A stretch of DNA of 64,000 nucleotides from Octopus sinensis (Eukaryota): contig NC_043015.1 in the NCBI RefSeq assembly GCF_006345805.1, forward strand, positions 15,500,001 through 15,564,000, written 5' to 3'. The notes below the pieces were generated by a model. That model had not been told where the DNA came from, made no database searches, and was given only the letters and a program-made list of their open reading frames with translations. Positions within the stretch are counted from its first letter, which is position 1, and every line of letters starts with the position of its first letter. The position numbers and the translations under genes are program-made. Below are positions 1-13,023 of the stretch, piece by piece.

Positions 1-590
1 TTTGTCTCACTATTAGAAAAAGGTGGGTAAAAATCTTGTATATTTTAAGCAGATATCATTACAACTAACAAATGATTATAAATCACTGCCTCAAACTGAA
101 GACCACGAAATCAAAAATAATAGTGTTTTATCTTGTCAACAATACCTGTCTCGAAATCAAATGCAAACAATTTTGAACAGTACAGAAACCTCATCCAATG
201 GAGTTGAGCTAATTTTGTCTCATCAAGAGGACAATGACACAAAGAAAGAAAAACATTATCATACCTAAACAGCACATGGTTAGAATGCTCAAAGTTGGAA
301 CAAATGCTGGGGCTCACCATTACTGGTCATCTTTTTTTGGCAAACGCACATTCTCAGTATAGCACAGAGTTTGACTTTCTTCTTCTGGGTCTCTGGAATT
401 CTATGTATCGGTGGTAGTGAGTTTGACTGCTTTCACTGAAGAGAGGTAATAGGTCAAAATCATGTGACCTGACAGTTCCAGCACCCATCACAGATGATTC
501 TCGTCTGCTAATGATGTGTGTGTGCATACATGCTTTTACGCTGCCTGAGTCTATATGAAAGGACCTCTCATATAGATGCAGTATACTATG

Positions 591-643
591 ATCCATCCAT
601 CTATCTATCTATCTATCTATCTATCTACCTATCTATCTATCTA

Positions 644-677
<34 letters not shown>

Positions 678-685
678 AGTCTGAC

Positions 686-725
<40 letters not shown>

Positions 726-764
726 AGTCTGACTGTCTGTCTGTCTGTCTGTCTATCAGTCTGA

Positions 765-797
<33 letters not shown>
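591..797. repeat. Compound (CTAT)n/(CTGT)n microsatellite with a recurring CTATCAGTCTGACTGT insert
   Basis: Read directly; explains ORFs 518..868 and 576..764. Confidence 0.95.
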
Positions 798-799
<2 letters not shown>

Positions 800-827
800 A
801 ATATAAACATGTATTTACAACAGGTTT

Positions 828-950
828 CTTTCCATTTCTGTCTATCAAATCCACTTACAAGGCTTTAGTTGGCCCACAGTTCCACACAGTGGGACTGAGC
901 CAGAATTATGTGTTGGGGAAGAAAACTCCCAACCACAATGCCATGCCTAC
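828..950 (-). mobile_element. SINE family A 5' fragment, internally deleted
   Basis: Reverse complement matches the head and body of the copy at 3430 (GTGGATTTGATAGA, CCCACTGTGTGG). Confidence 0.7.
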
Positions 951-2169
951 ACCCATGAATAACTTAAATTTTTATGAAAGTGTATTGATCTATTGGTTAA
1001 TAAAGCACCATATTTTTGCTTTTTAAGCAACACCAATGATCTCTGCAAATGGTTTGGCCTTGAGACCTCAACCAACAGATTTCCTATGTACAGAACCAAA
1101 TGCTTGCTCTTTTAGAAATTAAGGTCATTTATCCAGAAAAATAAGATGTTATTACTTCAATTAATTTCATCAACAGTTGTGAAATTTGATCTTTGAATGT
1201 TTTTAGTATTGTTGGCTTTAAATTAGGGCTGGGAAATTCTTTATGATTTCATATAGAGATATTATCAAACTTCAATCAATTTTAATCTAAATACATTATT
1301 GTGATGTTTTCTTTTCAAGTTTTACAGATTTCCTTTCCAAGTTAAACCAAATCCAAAGAATTTAAAGTGACTTTTAGCTAAACTGTCTCATTTTTTATTG
1401 ATAGCTATTCTTGCATTGTATGTGTGTGTGTTCGAACGTCTGTATGTGTATGTTTTTAAAAGGATCACTAAATACCTTGTAACAGTATGAATGGAGCACA
1501 AAGCAGTAATTAATTCAATCATTACCTGACAAAAGAAACTTCAGACATCAGGTTATTGATGCCATCCTTCATTTTGGTATCAGACTCTCTATTGAAGAAT
1601 TACAATGGCTATATTCCATCAATCGTCTCGAGTAAATTAAATCAATGTTATCCTGCTTGAACCAATTTGATGTAATAACATAATATTTTGTATGATGCTG
1701 GAATAAAATTTGAACAGAGTAAATTCTAATATCTAATAATAACTGTATCTGATAAACAATGACATCAACAATTTTATCTAAAAATAAACTAGGCAACACT
1801 AATTATTTCAAGCAGTGTTTTGGTACCTCATGATACAACTCAAAGAACACCTCACAAAGATTAAGTCTAAAAGTGGGTTGGAATCTAAGACTCATTAATA
1901 AAACTTGCTATGTTAGAAACGACATTCCTAGGACTAACCAAAGTATAATCATTATCTGTGTAACCCAGGAATTGAATGGCATTTAGAACATTCTACATAA
2001 AGACAAAACATTATAAGGCAAAATCCATCCACTGGGACCAGAGAGATCTGAAAGTTACTGGGCAACTGAATTTCTGGACACATGACAACTTTTTAAATAA
2101 CTATAGAATCTTACAAAGCTCATTAAAACTCTCTTTATGCACCACTGCTATTATTATTATTCTGAATAT

Positions 2170-2515
2170 AGGTGCAGGTATGGGTGTGTGGTAAGTAGCT
2201 TCTGTTCTAACCACACAGTTTCAGGTTCACTCCCACTGCATGGCACCTTGGGCAAGTGTCTTTTACTATAGCCTCAGGCTGACCAAATCCTTGTCAGTGG
2301 ATTTGGTAGATGGAAACAGGAAGAAGCCTGTCACGTGTCACGTGTGTGTTTGTGTGTGTGTGTTTACATCACCCTAACTTAGAGGTTCAGCAAAAGAAAC
2401 TGACAGAATGAATATCAGGCTTAGTAAAAGGAAAAAAAAATTAAGTACTAGAGTCAATTAATTTAACTAAAAATTCTTCAAGGCGGTGCCTCAGCATGGC
2501 CACAGAAAATCTAAA
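2170..2515 (+). mobile_element. SINE family A (tRNA-derived head, central TG tract)
   Basis: GGTGCAGG...GTGGTAAG A-box-like and GGTTCACTCCC B-box-like head; same architecture as 3430 and 52979. Confidence 0.85.
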
Positions 2516-3084
2516 AGATAGTAGAAATGAGAGAAATAAGAAGAAATAAAAGTATAATTTAAGAACAAGATTCATTAATCAAATACAATACAGGTATTGT
2601 AATAGTAGTAAAATAAAGCAGTGATCCACTTTAGACACAGCAGAAACTTTCTTCCTTTTAATTATAATTAATTAATTAATACAAATTATTACAAATCCTC
2701 TTGACTGTAATTAACAATACATATTCCTTTCTTTCTAGGTGCTGTTCATTTAAGATTTCCAGTTATTTGGGAAATGGATTTGATAGAGTTTATTGTACAT
2801 TAGTGTATAACACAGATAATGATTTAATGAATCTTGGGTCATGGATTTGCAGAATTGTTAGAGCATCAGATAAAGTGCTTTGCAATGTTTATTCTGGTTC
2901 TTTACTTTCACAAGTTCAAATCCTGTCAACTTTTACTTTTGTCCTTCCAAGTTCAATAAAATAAAATACCAGTCAAGTTCTGACATTGTTAAAATTAACT
3001 TCCCTCTTCATGAAAAAAAATGAGTAGTAATAAAAATATAAAAAAAATATCCTGGCCTCTGTAATATATTGGTTTCAAATTTTG

Positions 3085-3281
3085 GCACAAGGCTAGAAAT
3101 TTTAGGGGAGGGTGTAAGTTGATTACGTCAACCCCAGTGCTCAACTGATATGTTATTAACTCTGAAAAGATAAAAAGCGAAGTTGATCTCAATGGAATTT
3201 GAACTCAGAATGTAAAGACAGACGAAATGCCGTTAAACATTTTGCCCAGCATACTAATGACTCTGCCAGCTCACCACCTTA
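3085..3281 (-). mobile_element. SINE family B (GGCGGTGAGCTGGCAGA head, GAGTTCAAATTCC B-box)
   Basis: Matches many other copies in the window. Confidence 0.85.
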
Positions 3282-3429
3282 TACCTATCAGCTTGATGTA
3301 ATAATAAAAGATGAAAATCTGACAGAGATTAATTGAGACTATAAGAAAACTAACTAGATGAGCATGGACATTTAAAAAACAAATGTGAAGAATTTTCCAA
3401 ATGCACATCCATTATGGAATATTATTTAT

Positions 3430-3607
3430 AGGCGCAGGAGTGGCTGTGTGGTAAGTAGCTTGTTTACCAACCACATGGTTCCGGGTTCAGCCCCACTGCG
3501 TGGCACCTTGGGCAAGTGACTTCTACTATAGCCTCGGGCCTACCAAAGCCTTGTGAGTGGATTTGGTAGACGGAAACTGAAAGAAGCCCGTCGTATATAT
3601 GTACATG

Positions 3608-3638
<31 letters not shown>

Positions 3639-3835
3639 TTGTGTGTCTGTGTTTGTCCCCCTAGCATTGCTGGTGCATTTATGTCCCCGTTACTTAGCGG
3701 TTCAGCAAAAGAGACCGATAGAATAAGTACTGGGCTTACAAAAAGAATAAGTCCCGGGGTCGAGTTGCTCGATTAAAGGCGGTGCTCCAACATGGCCGCA
3801 GTCAAATGACTGAAAGAAGTAAAAGAGAGAGTAAA
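3430..3835 (+). mobile_element. SINE family A, near full length, least diverged copy
   Basis: tRNA-like head GGCGCAGGAGTGGCTGTGTGGTAAG...GGGTTCAGCCCC, central (TA)n(TG)n, conserved tail CAGTCAAATGACTGAAA. Confidence 0.9.
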
Positions 3836-5114
3836 GTGAGTAATATTATTTCCCAGAACAGTTAGCTTTGAAACGTGTTTATATTTGGCTTCAATTACAA
3901 TACCTTTTATTATTATCCCTATAATCATTGTTGTTGTTTTTGTCCTACCAATATTATTACCATTGCTATGGTAGCTATTTCACCAGCACCATTATTACTA
4001 TTGTATCTGTATTAATCAACTTGACAATATTGAAGTAAGAATTTCTTTTGGTCAGTTCTGACTTTTAGTCAAACTGGTAATATGTTAGTTTTGGGAATGC
4101 ATTTTGTAATGGAGTTAAAATGTTTTTTATGCGAGTATCTGGTGGTGAGAGATGGCATGAAGAGAGATAAAGGAGAATATTTTAGTGGTCTTATAGTCAG
4201 TGCCAATTTCAAGTTGGCAATATAATGGTCCCCCCACTCTCTCTCTCTTTCTTTTTTTTTTCCTCAATTAGAACCACAGTATCTATTTCCATATCTTAAT
4301 TTGCAAACCAACAAATCAAAGAAAAAGTCAATGCATACTTTGATTATGTGCAGACATGAATCATTATCTATATTGTAACAGAATATGGTTGCGTGCTGTT
4401 GTGCACATGTAGGTGTGTCTATAATTGTTTAAGTGCATATATAGATCGTTATTGTTGTTTCTTTATTGTCATTTATACTAGCTAGCTTTATCTTTGTCTT
4501 TTTACATAAACATTAGCAATGGTGATGGCATTCTCCTCCTCCTCCTCCTCTCCTCACCATCACCACCATCACCATCATCATCATCATCATCAACACCCTC
4601 TATTGTAAAGCTATTTTGTTCCTCTTGAAGTGATGCACTTTAAAAACTGTTATTGAGTGGTTGTTTTTCCAATGTCTTGCAGCAACGACAGAGGAATAAT
4701 TGTGCTGCAGTTACAACAACAATATTAATATAAACAACAATTACTAGTTTGGTGATCCAGTGAGATCCTCATTGTGTTTGCTTAACCCAATAGAAATAGA
4801 AGCCAACTCTCTCTCAAATAACACCTTACAATCTTACATAAGAATAGGTCACAGTGAATAATGTAGTCCTATTTAGGTAGAATAGTTAAATAAGTAGAAT
4901 GGTTATGACTGGAATGCATTTGATCACTGTGCTGATAAATCAGGGTTGACCTGGGTTTAATCAATAACTACTGTCAGAAACTATAGCAGTAAGAACAACA
5001 AAAAAGTTATCAATAACATCAATAACAAGTTTTAGCAAAAGCATCCTATACAAATGTAATAATGAGAAACGAGACTGAAGCAGTGATGAAACAATGCTGA
5101 AAGGAGTGGTAACA

Positions 5115-5232
5115 ATGACTACAACAACAACAAAAACAACTAAAAACTACAAAACAATAATGATGATGATGATCATCATCATGATGACGATGACGATGAC
5201 GACGACGACGATGATGATGATGATGATGATGG
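5115..5232. repeat. Compound trinucleotide tract (ACA/ATG/ACG)
   Basis: Read directly. Confidence 0.9.
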
Positions 5233-5880
5233 CACACATTGTGACAGAATTCCCCAAGTTGGCACAGGAAGAAGATAAGAAATAGAGGCATGACCTAGTT
5301 GTAAAAGTTTTACACTGGAAACTGTGCCAGAAACAGGGATTTGAAGGTGGAAACTCATGGTATAATCATCAAGTCGAAAGAGTACTGGAGTTGGAGAAAT
5401 TTGGGGAGAAAGTTTTTTTGGGACTTCCCTATTCAAACAGGCAAGAAGTTAGAAGATAATAGGCCAGGCATCACAATTATAGATGAGGAAAAGTGAAGTT
5501 GCTTACTTATTGACCCATTATGCCATTTGATTCCAGGATCATAAAGTAAGAGGAAGAGAAACAAAGAAAATACAATTCCTTAAAATTTGAAATAGGAAGA
5601 ATTTGGAGCAAACAGTTAAAAGTCGTGCCTATAATAATTGGTGTGTTGGGAACAGTAAGCAAAGGTATAGACAAATGGCTGAAGGAGATTGAAATAGAAT
5701 GCTCGGTAGAGCTCCTACAGAAAGTTTGTCTCTACCCTTAGAGACAACAAAGATTAATCAGGAGAGTTCTAAGCACTTGAAATACTGCTGAAAACTTGCG
5801 GATACCTAATGTTATAGGTACTAACCTGTTACCCACATAAATCCTGTCAGGAATAAGACCGAACCTAAGCTAAACCAAAA
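5229..5880 (+). mobile_element. R4/Dong-like non-LTR retrotransposon, degenerate 3' fragment (restriction-like endonuclease domain)
   Basis: Frameshifted translation gives HIVTEFPKLAQEE.KKRHDLVVKVLHWKLCQ...NRPGITIID...LLID...KVVPIIIGVLGTV, homologous to 46837..47652. Confidence 0.8.
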
Positions 5881-5883
5881 TGA

Positions 5884-6822
5884 TAATCCTTTCTATTTCA
5901 GACAAAAGGCTTGAAATTTTGGTTTGGGGAAAGTCACTTACCAGTGCTCAATTGGTACTTATTTCATCAACCTCAAAAGAATGAAAAGCAAAGTCAATCT
6001 TGGCAGAATTTGAACTCAGAATATAAGAATCAACAAAATGCCACTAAAAATTTTGCCTGGCATGCTAATGATTCTGCCAGCTCACAGCCTTAATAATAAT
6101 AATAATAACAACAACAACAACAACAATTATAATAATAATAATAATAATAATCCTTTCTGCTATAGGCATAAGGCGTAAAATTTGGGGTAGGGGGCTATTT
6201 GATTACATTGACCCCAGTCCTCAAATGGTACTCATTTGATCGACTCCAAAAGGATGAAAGACAAAGCCGACCCTGAGAGAATTTGAACTCAAGACATAAA
6301 GACAGATGAAATGCCTCCGAGTATTTTGCCCAGTAAGTTAAAAATTCTTTCTTCTTGCCACTTAATAATAATAATAATAATAATAATAATTCTTTCTACT
6401 ATAGACACAAGGCCTGACATTTGGGGAAAGGAATAGTCAATTACATCGACCCCAGTACACAACCAGTACTTATTTCACCAACTCTGAAAGGATGAAATGC
6501 AAAGTCGACCTCATAGAATTTGAACTCAGGATGTAAAGACAAGCAAAATACCACTAAGCATCGTGCCAAGTATGTTAACGATTCTGTTTTCATGCCACCT
6601 AATAATGATGATGATGATGGTGGTGGTGGTGGTGATAATGATGATCCTTCCTACTAAAGGCACTAGGCCTGAAATTTTGGAGGAGGGGACTGGTCAATTA
6701 CATCGACCCCAGTGTTTCACTGGTACTTAATTTATTGACCTTGAAAGGATGAAAGGCAAAGTCAACCACAGCAGAATTTGAACTCAGATTGTGCAGATGG
6801 ACAAAATGCCGCTAAACATTTG
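5884..6822 (-). mobile_element. Head-to-tail array of four SINE family B copies separated by (AAT)n/(GAT)n
   Basis: Copies at about 5884-6090, 6148-6362, 6388-6600 and 6643-6822, each with GAATTTGAACTCAG and GACCCCAGT motifs. Confidence 0.9.
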
Positions 6823-7759
6823 TCAAGAATAATAATAATAGGAATAATAATAAAGATAACATGATTATGCTGCTGTTTCTGGTGGTTTATCTTACTGTAG
6901 TAGTGACAAAAAGAAAGCACCGGTGATTGTAGTTACATTAGTATTGTAAAACATTAACAGCGTCAACAAAGTATAAGAGTCATCATTGGTAGTCATACAG
7001 AATATAACTTAAGACTGATGCCCCCTCCCCTCAAAACAAATGAGAATTAGGTTTTCTTATTGTAAATGGTCTTAGAGAAGGTGAAATAAAAATAAAGCAT
7101 TGGAAAAGTTTTACACTCATTACACTCATTGGAATTATTTTGTTCTATTTATGCCGCAAGTACTGTTTGTTAAAGACATTTTCAATGCAGCTAACATTTC
7201 CACTCAACTGAAATCAATGGATCTAATAATCATCCTTCATCAATGCTGATAACTATATAAAGTTGAGTAGAGAAGGCTGACATTTGATATTTACCTCTGT
7301 TTATCTTACTGGCATGATATAAATATTTTATATTAATGCAGTTGGAGGCTCACTATTAAATGACCTTGCTGATTTCCAATACCCTTTACTGTAGCCAGAA
7401 AAGGCCAGATAAGTTACAAACTTCCACATAACTCACTTCTCCTTTTATATCAGTATCCTGCCTGTTTTAAACTTTTTTCAGCTACTATTCATGTCTGGTA
7501 AAGAAATCAATCTGCTTTTTACATTGTTGTTACATTTCATAGTAATTATTTTAAATGGGAGCAGGCATGGATGGACAGTTAAGAAGTTTGCTTTGCAACC
7601 ACATGTTTCACATTTTGATTCTACTGCATGGCACTTTGGACCAATGTTGTCTTGCAAATCTTTGACCTCACCAGTGCCTTATGGGAGGAATTTAGTTGTT
7701 GGAAGCTTTGCAAAAGCCCATTGTATATATGTACAGTGATGCTGCTGCTGATAATGATA

Positions 7760-7796
<37 letters not shown>

Positions 7797-8537
7797 TTAT
7801 CTTTTACTGTTTCTTTTAGTCCCTCTCAAACTTTCTTCTTTCTTTCCTCTTTTCTTTTTCTCGCTCCCCTCTCTCACATTTCTTGGCCTTCTCTTTCTTT
7901 AATTTCTACCTTTCCTCCTCGTTTACCCCCTTTGTATTGTTCTCTATGTCTCTTTGATTTCGTCTTTTTCTCTTTATTCCCCTAATCATTCAATCCCTCT
8001 GCCTCCTACCTCTCTCTTTTCTTTCCATGTGACCGCTGTTCCGCCAGGCATGATCTTTCTTTCTTGGCTTCACTGTCAGCCATGAAGCATCTCTGATACT
8101 CCTGTCTCTTGACTTTCATCTTTTATGTTCCTGCCTCAAGGCTTTCACTCTCTACACACCATCTCAACTTGATTTGTCTTTACTAGTCAAAAGACACTTG
8201 TTGTTATTTTCTTGCTGTTTATAATTGTAATTGTGTAACATGTTCTCCATTTTTTTGTCCTTGTTGTCATACACATTTGCTTGCTTTCTCTCAAAAAATT
8301 TAATGCTTAGATATTTTGGGGCAGCCAGATTTGAACAAGAGATGCTTCATGGCTAGCAGTCAAGCCAAGTGTAACTGCCTGAAACTGTAAGGATAATTTG
8401 GTAACTTGACTGATGAGAGGAACTTGCAAATGACCCATCCTTGTTCTTTTCTTGTTCGTCTTCACAATGTTTATCTGCCTGGATGTTTTATTGCCAGCTA
8501 TTGCGTTCTTGTTCCATTTTCTGGATTTATATATATT

Positions 8538-8582
8538 CACATACATACATACATACATACATACATACATACATACATACAT

Positions 8583-8620
<38 letters not shown>

Positions 8621-8690
8621 GCACACACACACACACATGCACACACACACACACATATATGTATACATATACATATATATATGTATGTAT
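8538..8690. repeat. (CATA)n(CA)n microsatellite
   Basis: Read directly. Confidence 0.95.
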
Positions 8691-8950
8691 GTATCTTTTA
8701 TCTTGTACTTGTTTGAATTGACCCCAGTACTTATTTTTATGTCTTTTTGTTAAGCCTGATACTGATTCTATCGATCTCTATTGCCAAAGTACTAAGTTAC
8801 TGGAAAATAAACACATCAAGCAGTGTCAAATGGTAGGGGTGAGATAAACATAGACACACACACACACACACATACATACGATGCGCTTCTTTCAATTTCT
8901 ATCTACCAAATCCACTCATAAGGCTTTCATCAACTTGAGGCTATTGTAGA
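8690..8950 (-). mobile_element. SINE family A, partial
   Basis: GACCCCAGTACTTA and CTACCAAATCCACTCATAAGGC motifs. Confidence 0.75.
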
Positions 8951-9320
8951 AGCCTCAGTCCCATTATATCCATTTTCTCTCAATTTCTCTTCTGTAAACA
9001 GTGGTACATAACATGCATATGTATATATGTATGTGTACACACAATATATATGTTTACATGCACACACACACACACGCACACATACACACACACATGCATG
9101 CATGAATAAACATAAGCACAGGCATATATCCTTCCATATGCACAAACACACACATACATACAAACACACACACATACAGACGCACACTTTTATATAAAGA
9201 CCTTTTAAATATATTTTCACGAGTGTATTCTTATGTATATGTGTGTATCTATTTAAATGCGTTTATGTGTGCAGGTGTTCGTACACATATACACAAGCAT
9301 GCAAACACAGATACATTCAC

Positions 9321-9610
9321 GTACACACACACACACACACGTTGCCAATCCTGCAAAGCTAACAGTCATTCTCATAATCACCCGCACACACACCTTTTCC
9401 ACACACACACACACACGTTGCCAATCCCGCTAAGCTAAGAGTCATTCCCTTACACTCATAATCACCTGCACGCACACCAACCTTTTCCACACACACACAC
9501 ACATACACACATGTTGCCAATCCCAATAAGCTAACAGTCATTCCCTTACACTCATAATCACCTGCACACACACACACACACACTACTCAAACCTTTTCCA
9601 CACACACACA
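9321..9610. repeat. Minisatellite: three 75-90 bp units (GTTGCCAATCC..AAGCTAA.AGTCATTC..CTCATAATCACC) separated by (CA)n
   Basis: Three recognisable units near 9341, 9417 and 9512. Confidence 0.85.
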
Positions 9611-10163
9611 CATACGTATACACAAACATACATATGCACACACATGTTACTCAGATTCTGGACGGAACCCTTTTAACTGTTACCAGATCACTGCTACCTA
9701 CCTGTTGTACATCCACACATTCACACATATACACAAGTACATGCAAAAACACACATATGCTCACTCGCGCACATACACTGCAAATCTCACCAACCACTCT
9801 TCTATCTCCTATACACACACATACACACGTGATGATGTATAATGTGTGTGTGTGTGTGTATACATACACACACACACAACACACACATATGCACACATAC
9901 ACACACACACACACATGCACACAGACATACAAACAGGCACTCTCCATTAACAACCACGATTACTTCTTATTAACACTTCCCATTAGTCAGAGATCGAACA
10001 TGTGAGTTACCAACCTGAGTTTTATCCCAGCTCTCTCTCCTATCTTTCCTTTTTTTACTTATCTGTTTTTCTGCCTCACTTTTCTCTTGCTCTTTGACTT
10101 TTCTGCTTGTATCTGATAAAGAACGATAACTGAAATGTTGAACTTTCACTCTATAACTTTACA

Positions 10164-10208
<45 letters not shown>

Positions 10209-10213
<5 letters not shown>

Positions 10214-10262
10214 AGAGTTAAGGAATGGAGAAGGTATCTTCTCCATTCCTTAACTCTTGTAT
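10209..10262. other. Perfect 25-bp inverted repeat with 4-nt loop
   Basis: ATACAAGAGTTAAGGAATGGAGAAG-GTAT-CTTCTCCATTCCTTAACTCTTGTAT. Confidence 0.95.
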
Positions 10263-10663
10263 TCTTATTTGCATACTTGGCAACCCTGATTGCCTACCAT
10301 GAAATATAAAAAGAACATTTTTCAGTTTATTGTACTTCGATATTAAAAAATCCACAACCTTCCATCTCAATAAACCACTATTGTCCCTGAAAGTTGTTTT
10401 TTATATTTATTACGGACTGCTTGAAGCTAACTTTCTTCCTACACCTCGATCCTTGACAATTTTGAAAATCTCTAGATTACAGAATGCCCTGCTCTCTCAT
10501 GTATCCATGTTTAAAATTTCAACATGATCAAATGAACAATACTCGAGTTATAAGCGCACAAACAGACAGACAGAACGGGATTTATATATTAGATATGTAA
10601 TATATATATATATATATACATGGACAGAGAGAGAGAGAGAAAGAGGGGGAAATAAATAGATAG

Positions 10664-10708
10664 ATGTGTGTGTGTGTGCAGACGTACATATATGTGTGTG
10701 TATCATAG

Positions 10709-10763
<55 letters not shown>

Positions 10764-10792
10764 AGACGTACATATATGTGTGTGTATCATAG

Positions 10793-10846
<54 letters not shown>

Positions 10847-10856
10847 ATGTGTGTGT
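10664..10856. repeat. Duplicated (TG)n-bounded unit CAGACGTACATATATGTGTGTGTATCATAGAT
   Basis: Unit at about 10678 and 10762. Confidence 0.9.
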
Positions 10857-10927
10857 ATAGCAACATCTGCAAAAACATACAATAACGCTATTTCATACCC
10901 ATGGTAAACAAGTTGCTTACAAGCACA

Positions 10928-11288
10928 GAAGGTGCATGAATCAGTGGTTAGAGCATCAGGCTTACAATCATGAGGTAGTGAGTTTGATTCCCAGACTGGA
11001 CTGTGTGTTGTGTTCTTGAGCAAGACACTTTATTTCACATTGCTCCAGTTTACTCAGCTGTAGAAATGAGTTTCAATGTCACTGGTGCAAAGCTGTATAG
11101 GTCTTTGCCTTTCTCTTCAATAACATCTGTGGCATGGAGAGCAAAGGCTGATATGCATGGGTGACTGCTAGGTGCAATCCCATGGTCATTCCATGCTGAA
11201 GAACACAACACACTGCCTGATCCAGGAACTGATCTCACTACCTCATGATTGTAAACCCAACTGTCTAACCACTGAGTCATGCACCTTC
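10928..11288. mobile_element. Two convergent CORE-type tRNA SINE copies (+ 10928-11165; - 11170-11288)
   Basis: Head GGTGCATGA.TCAGTGGTTAGA on both strands; CORE-like TTGAGCAAGACACTT...CAGTTTACTCAGCTGTAGAAATGAG in the + copy. Confidence 0.75.
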
Positions 11289-11305
11289 ACATATATACAT
11301 ATATA

Positions 11306-13021
11306 CAGGGTGATTCAAAAGTCGCCATACATAGAAACAATTTATTTTTTTATAAGTAACAGTTCATATGAACAGTCTTTTTATTTATTTAACAGGCTCT
11401 ATATGGTTACCATTGTTTTGAATACACATTACAATATGTTTACCCCACTCATTGTGAACTCATAATAGCACATCTGGTGACACTTGTGCAAATGAGTTGG
11501 TGATGCATTCCTTCAAATGATTTATGCCTTTTATCTTTTTGTGATACACCATGCCTTTCAAATGCCCCCAAATATAAAAATGAAGACGGGTTTGATCAGA
11601 GGATTTAGGAGGCCACTCAATTGGACGATGCCTACCAATCCAGGCATCTGGAAATGTCTGATCCAACCACTGACGCACTTGAAAAGCATAATGAGGTGGG
11701 GGCTCCATCTTACTGGAAGTAAACTGGAAAGTTACCATCCTTATTTAGCAGTGATGGGAAAATTTCTTCTTGCAACATGTTGAAATACTTTTCAGGATTA
11801 AGATTTCCATTAACAAAAATTGGGCTAATGATTTTGTTACTCCATATCCCAGCCCAAACCATCACTTTACCAGCACCTTGCATTTTCGTTGCACTCATCC
11901 AGTGAGGGTTAGCATTGCTCCAATAACGCGTGTTTTGGTTATTAACCTCTCCATTGACATAAAAGTTAACTTCATCAGTAAACAAGATCATAGTTGAAAA
12001 GTTTACATCATCATTCAATTTGCTTGATGCCCATTCACAAAATTCCTACCATCTATCTGGGTCATCTTCACTCATATGCTATAGTATCTGCAGTTTGTAC
12101 GGATGCCTCTTATTTGATTTTAAAATGCACATGATACTCGATTGACTGACCCCAATTTCAGCAACCAATCTTCATGAACTTCTACGGGGGATCCTTGTTA
12201 TTTGTGCAAGAACTCTAACTGTTGTGTTTTCATCAGTTGCTGTATGCAGTCTACCACTTCTTCTTTGATCTTTAACAGATCCAGTTTTTTAAACTTTATC
12301 ATAAGTTTTGCAGTGGTGTCGTGTGTTATGTTGGTTCCATGTTTTCTATTAAATTTTGCTGCAATCTTGTGACTTCCTCCAGACATACTCCTTACTGTTT
12401 TACTTGTTACAGTCATTTGACTGCAGCCATGCTGGAGCACCGCCTTTAGTTGAGCAAATCGACCCCAGGACTTATTTTTTGTTAGCCTAGTACTTATTCT
12501 ATTGGTCTCTTTTGCCGAACGGCTAAGTTACGGGGACATAAACACACCAGCATCGGTTGTCAAGTGATGCTGGGGAGGGGGGGACAAATACAGACACACA
12601 AACACACATATATACATATATACGATGAGCTTCTTTCAGTTTCCGTCTACCAAATCCACTCACAAGGCTTTGGTCAGCCGGAGGCTATAGTAGAAGACAC
12701 TTGCCAAAAGTGCCACGCAGTGGGACTGAACCTGGAACCATGTGATTCATAAGCAAGCTACTTACCACACAGCCACTCCTGCACCTATGGTCATCAATAT
12801 GATCTCAATTCGCTATTCTTTTGTCAATGGCATCTTTTGGGTATCTGAAAATAAAAAGATAACAAGTTTTAAAAAATGAGTGATGTAAACGTATTGCAAT
12901 GTGTATTCAAAGCAATGGTAACTATATAGAGCCTGTTAAATAAAAAAAAAACTGTTCTTATAAACTGTTTCTTATAAAAAAATACATTTTTCCTATGTAT
13001 GGAGACTTTTGGATCACCCTG
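11306..13021 (-). mobile_element. Tc1/mariner DD41D (rosa-type) element with ~135-bp TIRs, defective
   Basis: CAGGGTGAT.CAAAAGTC.CCATACATAG termini with TA on both sides. Transposase pieces: ILFTDEVNFYVNG; KVMVWAGIW; [D]GAPPHY...WIGR...WPPKSSDQTRLH, with 41 residues between the second D and the third catalytic position (here H). Confidence 0.9.
12395..12788 (-). mobile_element. Full SINE family A inserted in the DD41D element
   Basis: Complete head-to-tail match; separates the transposase start region from the rest. Confidence 0.9.
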
Positions 13022-13023
13022 TA

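Noticed and set aside
23-268. 81-aa ORF at the window start
   Set aside because: No homology recognisable and no linkable exon; length within chance.
3430-3510. SINE heads as tRNA genes
   Set aside because: A/B boxes are present, but they run into SINE bodies and I saw no complete cloverleaf.
8409-8440. CTGATGA-GAGGAACTT motif
   Set aside because: Followed by GCAAA rather than GAAA; helices I and III absent.
10105-10150. CTGATAA...GAAATGTT hammerhead-like relic
   Set aside because: G8 lost, only 2 bp in helix II and no convincing helix I.
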